Of a stretch of DNA of 32,000 nucleotides, positions 26,997 through 32,000 are shown piece after piece. The stretch is taken from positions 1,290,001-1,322,000 of the forward strand of contig OX638337.1 in the NCBI GenBank assembly GCA_951812855.1, in the 5' to 3' direction. The position numbers and the translations under genes were made by a program. Below the pieces are notes generated by a model. The model worked only from the letters and a program-made list of their open reading frames with translations. It made no database searches and was not told where the DNA came from. Position 1 is the first letter of the stretch. Every line of letters begins with the position of its first letter. The stretch is from an uncultured Lentisphaeria bacterium. GTDB taxonomy: Bacteria > Verrucomicrobiota > Lentisphaeria > JABSQK01 > JAJFLO01.

Positions 26997-27441
26997 TTGC
27001 AAGTAGTTTTACCAAAAAACTGTGATTTACAGAAACAAAATCTTGCCGGACGTCGTATTCTTGTTGTTGACGATCTTCCCATCAATATCGAGGTCTTGGC
27101 AGAAACTCTCCAGTCAGAGCGTTTTAATGTGTTTAAGGCATCGAATGGCAAGGTTGCCCTCGAAATTGCTGCAATACAACCCTGACCTAATATTATTAGA
27201 TATCATGATGCCCGGGGAAAATGACTTTGAAACTTGCCAGACCTTAAAATAAATGGAGGATATTAAGTTAATTCCAGTAATTTTTATCAGTGCTGAATTC
27301 GATGGTGAAGAAATTGGAAAAGTGTTTTTCGCAGGAGGCGTGGATTATATTAACAAACCGTTTTGACAAATAGAGATACTTTCCAGAGTAAGAACACATC
27401 TTTTACTGCAAAAATTCTTGAATGATAAACCAATTTCGTAA
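26997..27441 (+). pseudogene. Decayed CheY-like response-regulator receiver domain (one frameshift, in-frame TAA and TGA)
   Basis: Frame 1 reads GRRILVVDDLPINIEVLAETLQSERFNVFKASNGKVALEIAA..*. The shifted frame reads ..NPDLILLDIMMPGENDFETCQTLK*(TAA, 27250)MEDIKLIPVIFISAEFDGEEIGKVFFAGGVDYINKPF*(TGA, 27364)QIEILSRVRTHLLLQKF. The canonical DD...D...T/S...K receiver motifs are present but interrupted. Confidence 0.75.
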
Positions 27442-27610
27442 AATGGAAAACCAGCCGGTGAACCTGGACTTGCTAACCAGGCACGGAAATTTCAAAGCAA
27501 GTTGAAAACTGTAATTCATTGACAATTAAATCGTATTATTTTTAATAATCGGCCATCAATATCAGAATTTACTGGATTGTCGAAAATAAAATACTCGGTA
27601 TGACCCTAAA

Positions 27611-28720
27611 TTAACTTCCCGGTAATTCGTATCCTTTCAAAAAGCATTGTTGAAATTCCCGGAATGTATTATCCTCAATATGAAATCTTATTCTCTTCAT
27701 AAGATTTTTATAAAAATATAAGTTGTGGACAGTTAACAAACGCAATCCCAATATTTCATTGACATTTAATAAGTGTCTGATATAAGCTTTGGTAAAATGT
27801 CTACAGGCATAACATTCACACCCTGCTTCGATCGGGCTAAAATCGGATTTACATTTTGCTCCTTTTATTTGTTTCATTCCGGTTTCGGTATAGGCACATC
27901 CATTTCGGCCAACCCGTGTTGGCAGTACGCAGTCAAACATGTCAATTCCATTTGCAGCCGCCGTTACTATTTGCGGTGGCGTTCCCACGCCCATTAGGTA
28001 TCTGGGGCTGGAAGTTGGCATAATTGGCCCCAGCCATTCGATAACCTCAAACATGACGTTGTCTGGTTCGCCTACACTGAGTCCGCCAATCGCAAATCCG
28101 TCAAAGTTCATTTCAACCAATGCCTCCAAACATGAAATTCTAAGATCCTTAAAAATTGAGCCTTGTATGATACCAAAATAGAACTGACCCTCTGCACGAT
28201 CCTGATTTTGACATTCTCTCGCCCATTTCAAGGTACGTGTCAATGATTGTTCAGCATCGTTACGGCTACACGGATATGGAGGACAATCGTCAAAAACCAT
28301 TGCGATATCCGACCCGAGCTGTTTCTGAATGGCCATAGCCTCAACTGGGCCGAGAAATAATTTTTGACCATCAATATGCGACTTAAATTCAACACCATTT
28401 TCTTTAATTTTTCTAAGACTCGACAAAGAAAAAACCTGGTATCCGCCACTATCAGTAAGGATTGGGCTGTCCCAATTCATGAATTTATGGAGTCCACCTG
28501 CCTTTATTATAATATCTATTCCCGGCCGGAGAAATAAATGGTAGGTATTCGAAAGAATAATTTCGATATTGAGTTCATGCAGTTCTGTTGGAGTCACAGC
28601 CTTGACAGTTGCTTTTGTTCCAACCGGCATAAACACAGGTGTTTTGACAATACCATGAGCCGTATTAAGTATACCTGTTCTGGCTTTGGTTCGTGAATCG
28701 TGGTGAGAAATAGAAAACAT
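27611..28720 (-). CDS. tgt: tRNA-guanine transglycosylase (queuine tRNA-ribosyltransferase)
   Basis: ARTGILNTAHGIVKTPVFMPVGT, LTDSGGYQVFSL, DDCPPYP, GGLSVGEP, YLMGVGTP and the zinc site CxCxxC...H (CECYACRHFTKAYIRH). Confidence 0.95.
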   Translation of the reverse strand: MFSISHHDSRTKARTGILNTAHGIVKTPVFMPVGTKATVKAVTPTELHELNIEIILSNTYHLFLRPGIDIIIKAGGLHKFMNWDSPILTDSGGYQVFSLSSLRKIKENGVEFKSHIDGQKLFLGPVEAMAIQKQLGSDIAMVFDDCPPYPCSRNDAEQSLTRTLKWARECQNQDRAEGQFYFGIIQGSIFKDLRISCLEALVEMNFDGFAIGGLSVGEPDNVMFEVIEWLGPIMPTSSPRYLMGVGTPPQIVTAAANGIDMFDCVLPTRVGRNGCAYTETGMKQIKGAKCKSDFSPIEAGCECYACRHFTKAYIRHLLNVNEILGLRLLTVHNLYFYKNLMKRIRFHIEDNTFREFQQCFLKGYELPGS

Positions 28721-28915
28721 TATTAAAATCTCGGTGTTTCTTATTTACCATACTAAATTGTAGAAATTAGAAATTCAGAAAAACACACACTGTTAACTAA
28801 AAATTCCGGAACAACAAAAACCGCCACAATAACTAAATTTTTTAACGTCGAATGAATTTACAGGTTATAAGGCTTGTTCTTAATCCTTTAGAATTAAATA
28901 ATACTGATAATGGAA

Positions 28916-30124
28916 TTATTTATAAATCAGACAGCGTGTTGATTTTTGTTTAAACTCAACCAATTTTTTCTGCCATTTTGCAATTATACTCTGAACCGGT
29001 TTTCCACTAATAATATCGTGCCTTATATGGCTTGTCCCCATCGCTTTATCAAACGATTGAATTCTATCATGTCTCCATATAGACCTGCCGGGATAAAATT
29101 TTTGCAGATAGTAAAGGATGTATATCTCCGTTGTTGCAGGAAGAAACTGTCCTGGTTTTTTTACGTTCAATTTAATTGCTTCAACGGTTTCACCCCGGTA
29201 TAAACCAGCAGAAGGAATAAAAGAAAATGCTTCAAAAACAACACCGGGAAGTTCGCATTTATTCAAATAATCTGCTGCGTGCTGCCCGGCCAGCCACGGA
29301 GTACCGATTATCTGAAAAGGAAATTTTGTAGCAATTCCAATGTGAATGGTCCCCAGAGTGCCAATCGTACCGGTTGCCGGAAAACAAATTGCAGACTCCG
29401 GCGTCGGAATATTTGGTGACGGGGGCGTCCAGACCAATTCCAAATCATTCCAGGTTTGATTACGACTGTATGATGCCATGGGAATAACAACTAATTGACA
29501 CTGAAGATGATGTTCGAGATTGAAATACCTGGCGAGTTCACCCACGGTGAGGCCATAAACTCTCGGGATCGGCCATATTCCTAAAAATGATTGCCATTTA
29601 TCTTCCGTAACCGGACCATCGATTTGTCTTGCACTCAACGGATTTGGGCGGTCAAATACGATAAAGAGTTTATCATTGTCCCCAGCCGCCGCCATTGCCT
29701 CTGCCATACTCCAAATATAGGTATAAGCCCGACTTCCGACATCTTGAATATCATATATGAGAACATCAAGTCCTCCCAATGCGACATCCGAGGGGCGCTT
29801 ATCATTTCCCCCGTATAATGAATGAATTGGCAATCCAGTTTTTGTGTCGACGGATTCCCGAATTAATTTACCGGCTTTAATTACTCCCCGAATACCATGT
29901 TCAGGTGCAAATAGTGCCACAAGGTTGACGTCAGGATGCTCATACAGCAAATCTATAGTTGTTAACCCGCGTCCATTTTTACCGGTTTGATTGGTAATCA
30001 AACCAACGCGCTTATTCTGGATTAGGTCAACATAACCTTCAAGAAAAACATCTACACCAAGTTTAACTGTCGAAGAATTTGCTGTGCTTAAAAGAATGAA
30101 AAGAAGAAAAATACTGAATCGCAT
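28916..30124 (-). CDS. DUF1343 family protein (exo-beta-N-acetylmuramidase NamZ-like), secreted
   Basis: Signal peptide MRFSIFLLFILLSTANS. VGLITNQTG....LVALFAPEHGIRG, DVLIYDIQDVGSRAYTYI and IVFDRPNP motifs are typical of DUF1343. Confidence 0.8.
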   Translation of the reverse strand: MRFSIFLLFILLSTANSSTVKLGVDVFLEGYVDLIQNKRVGLITNQTGKNGRGLTTIDLLYEHPDVNLVALFAPEHGIRGVIKAGKLIRESVDTKTGLPIHSLYGGNDKRPSDVALGGLDVLIYDIQDVGSRAYTYIWSMAEAMAAAGDNDKLFIVFDRPNPLSARQIDGPVTEDKWQSFLGIWPIPRVYGLTVGELARYFNLEHHLQCQLVVIPMASYSRNQTWNDLELVWTPPSPNIPTPESAICFPATGTIGTLGTIHIGIATKFPFQIIGTPWLAGQHAADYLNKCELPGVVFEAFSFIPSAGLYRGETVEAIKLNVKKPGQFLPATTEIYILYYLQKFYPGRSIWRHDRIQSFDKAMGTSHIRHDIISGKPVQSIIAKWQKKLVEFKQKSTRCLIYK

Positions 30125-30338
30125 AATTTCGATTGGGACTACTTTTTAAAATATCATATAAATTTTGGTTCAAAATAACAACTAAAACTGAGTTTTAGCC
30201 GAGTTGTACTCAATCGTGATGAGGCGGCTTTAAGTTAAAGAAGATGTAAACAATCAGTTTAAATAAAATATTCTCAAAGGGATTATACTGAGTTGATCTG
30301 TGTATTTATTATTTCAAATAACTGATAAATTAACTTTT

Positions 30339-30755
30339 TTACGCGATAACCGGAACCCGAACCCTTTTGCCGTGCGGAGTAAATTTAGAACCGAATACGT
30401 CATTAAAATCAAAAACATCATCAAAGTCTTCGACGGTATCTTCTTCCCGAGCACTGAGTAATTTAGCATCAATCATGTTAAAAACGATATTTCCAAAGTC
30501 CCTGGTACAACGAATTCCCCACTCATCAAACATGTCAATTGCCACAGGTCCAAATTGATCAATGCTGTACTTCTGAATTCCATCCAGTAATTCACCTCCG
30601 GTAACATGTCTCAATCCCTCTCCTTTATCTTTAAGAAGCTCGAGTGTGTAAGAAACTGCTTCCTGAATGAAGACATAGGCATCAAGGGAGTAGCGCGGAT
30701 CATTTTCAATGATATTATTAAGAATGACAAGATAAGAATCTGATGTAATCATCAC
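30339..30755 (-). CDS. Conserved hypothetical protein, resembles the PVC-group 'Minf_1886 family'
   Basis: HVTGGELLDGIQKYSIDQFGPVAIDMFDEWGIRCTRDFGNIVFNMIDAKLLSAREEDTVEDFDDVFDF matches my recollection of a conserved hypothetical family restricted mainly to Planctomycetes, Verrucomicrobia and relatives. Start codon overlaps the HIT gene stop by 4 nt. Family assignment is from memory only. Confidence 0.5.
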   Translation of the reverse strand: MMITSDSYLVILNNIIENDPRYSLDAYVFIQEAVSYTLELLKDKGEGLRHVTGGELLDGIQKYSIDQFGPVAIDMFDEWGIRCTRDFGNIVFNMIDAKLLSAREEDTVEDFDDVFDFNDVFGSKFTPHGKRVRVPVIA

Positions 30756-31177
30756 AACTTTTTATTTTTTAATCGGTTGACAATGTTATCGACCAATTCC
30801 AGTTTCACATCGTCATTTTCATACTCCTTAGATCGCCACCCCCAGGAAAAACCATCTACGGGTGACCGGGGTATTATATGAAGATGTGAATGGAGGACGA
30901 TTTGTCCGGCACATTGGCCGTTGGACAAATGCAGATTAAATCCATCTGCATCAGCTTCTCGAACAATAGCCTGTGCAATTATTGGAGCCATGATCATCAT
31001 TCGACTGAGTATTTCGGAGGGAACAGTTGTTATACTTGGATGGTGTTCATTTGGTATGATGAGTGCATGCCCGGGATTGATTGGTGCAATATCTAAAAAA
31101 CAGGTAACATGATCATCTTCAAACAATTTTTGCGACGGTAATTCTTCAGATACAATCTTACAGAAAATACAATTCAT
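30752..31177 (-). CDS. HIT (histidine triad) family nucleotide hydrolase/transferase
   Basis: CIFCKI N-terminus, DIAPINPGHALIIP and the histidine triad HSHLHIIPR. ATG overlaps the rplU stop (ATGA). Confidence 0.85.
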   Translation of the reverse strand: MNCIFCKIVSEELPSQKLFEDDHVTCFLDIAPINPGHALIIPNEHHPSITTVPSEILSRMMIMAPIIAQAIVREADADGFNLHLSNGQCAGQIVLHSHLHIIPRSPVDGFSWGWRSKEYENDDVKLELVDNIVNRLKNKKL

Positions 31178-31488
31178 GGTTTTTTAATTTCTTGAATCTT
31201 TATCCGTGATAAATTCTGTCTATGTCCCTGTTTTTTACGGTAACCTTTACGTCGTTTCATTTTGAAGACTGTGACTTTCTTTCCCTTGAAATCCTTTACA
31301 AGATCAGCTGTAACAACCGCTCCATCAATCATTGGAGTTCCAACTTCAATATTACCGCCATCTCCAATTGCTAAAACGTGATCGAAATTTACTTTGGATT
31401 CTTCAGCAGAATTCAATCGCTCAATATCCAAAACATCACCTTGTTGTACTCGGTATTGTTTACCGCCTGTTTCAATTACAGCATACAT
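31174..31488 (-). CDS. rplU: 50S ribosomal protein L21
   Basis: MYAVIETGGKQYRVQQGDVLDIE... and KVTVFKMKRRKGYRKKQGHRQ are near-universal L21 sequences. An aagggg RBS lies upstream. Confidence 0.95.
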   Translation of the reverse strand: MYAVIETGGKQYRVQQGDVLDIERLNSAEESKVNFDHVLAIGDGGNIEVGTPMIDGAVVTADLVKDFKGKKVTVFKMKRRKGYRKKQGHRQNLSRIKIQEIKKP

Positions 31489-32000
31489 AGTTATACCCCT
31501 TTCAAATTCGTAAATTTATTAAAAACAGCTTGTAAGATACCCGTATTTTCTGGACTATCAATGACTGAACCGCAGGGAATTTGAGGAATTTACATTATGA
31601 TTCAGATTCAGTCTGCAACTTTGGCTAACCCGTTTTCATCCGTCCATACTATTGGATTGTTTTCAATGTCTAACTGACACCATAATCCACTACTGTGTTT
31701 TGTATTATTTGACCGCGGAACATTAATATTGTGTGCAACAACAGCAATGATATTGTTGTCGACATAGTTTTTTCCTTGAATTTATTATTATAAAATCAAC
31801 AACCTTCAAAAACGTCCAACCTGATATTAGTCATGGATGAACTAATTTTGTTAACTGATGAGTTACTCCTGACAGCCGGTATCGTTACTCCCGAAAAACA
31901 TTCCCGGAAACAACATCCAAAGCAGGACTTATGAGTTTTAGATTGCCAAGATAAAACTATGCCTTTGCATACTCCTCCAGATGAACAACATTTTTAGCGA

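Noticed and set aside
23743-27366. Stop-codon reassignment or programmed readthrough as an explanation for in-frame TGA/TAA codons in the TPR and receiver genes
   Set aside because: Both TAA and TGA terminate well-conserved genes in this window at their expected lengths (hom, cimA, hldD, moxR, rplU and others). The same loci also carry frameshifts. Decay is the simpler explanation.
31611-31781. Start-less 57-codon open frame on the minus strand upstream of rplU (...YVDNNIIAVVAHNINVPRSNNTKHSSGLWCQLDIENNPIVWTDENGLAKVAD*)
   Set aside because: There is no ATG, GTG or TTG in frame after three consecutive upstream TAA codons, and I recognise no family. It could be another gene remnant, but the evidence is too thin.
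1-32000. CRISPR arrays, rRNA or tRNA genes, transposases, integrases, prophage or plasmid backbone genes
   Set aside because: I saw no regularly spaced direct repeats, no rRNA or tRNA signatures and no recombinase-like ORFs in the six-frame track. The tubulin-like locus therefore cannot be attributed to an obvious mobile element within this window.

Overview
AT-rich bacterial chromosomal segment. Gene content hints weakly at the PVC superphylum: a Minf_1886-like conserved hypothetical, DUF1343/NamZ, and a MoxR-DUF4159 pair. Most of the window is intact housekeeping. The plus-strand block has hom, cimA, hldD, a GT4 WecA/MraY-family transferase, nadC, a Kef-type CPA2 antiporter and an RND/MMPL exporter. 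The minus-strand blocks have a lower mevalonate-pathway operon (mvk-pmk-mvd), ppdK, tgt, a DUF1343 gene and an rplU-HIT-hypothetical operon. The stand-out locus is a minus-strand cluster at 14181..19546. A small winged-helix-like protein is translationally coupled to a compact, divergent FtsZ/tubulin-superfamily GTPase whose T1, T3, T4 and T7 motifs are all readable. A signal/anchor-bearing HEAT-repeat protein, a DUF4159 protein and a MoxR AAA+ ATPase follow. Upstream lies a 695-bp AT-rich region with a perfect 16-bp-arm palindrome and related TAGTAT-type half-sites. The layout resembles TubR-TubZ-tubC type III segregation modules, but it sits among chromosomal housekeeping genes and has a different downstream partner set. 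A second theme is gene decay. At least four clearly degraded genes lie between intact genes: DUF4416-like, ThiO/DAO-like FAD oxidoreductase, a small TPR protein and a CheY-like receiver. I recognised no rRNA, tRNA, CRISPR array, transposase or integrase. Coordinates I derived by eye (repeats, pseudogene ends) may be off by a base or two.
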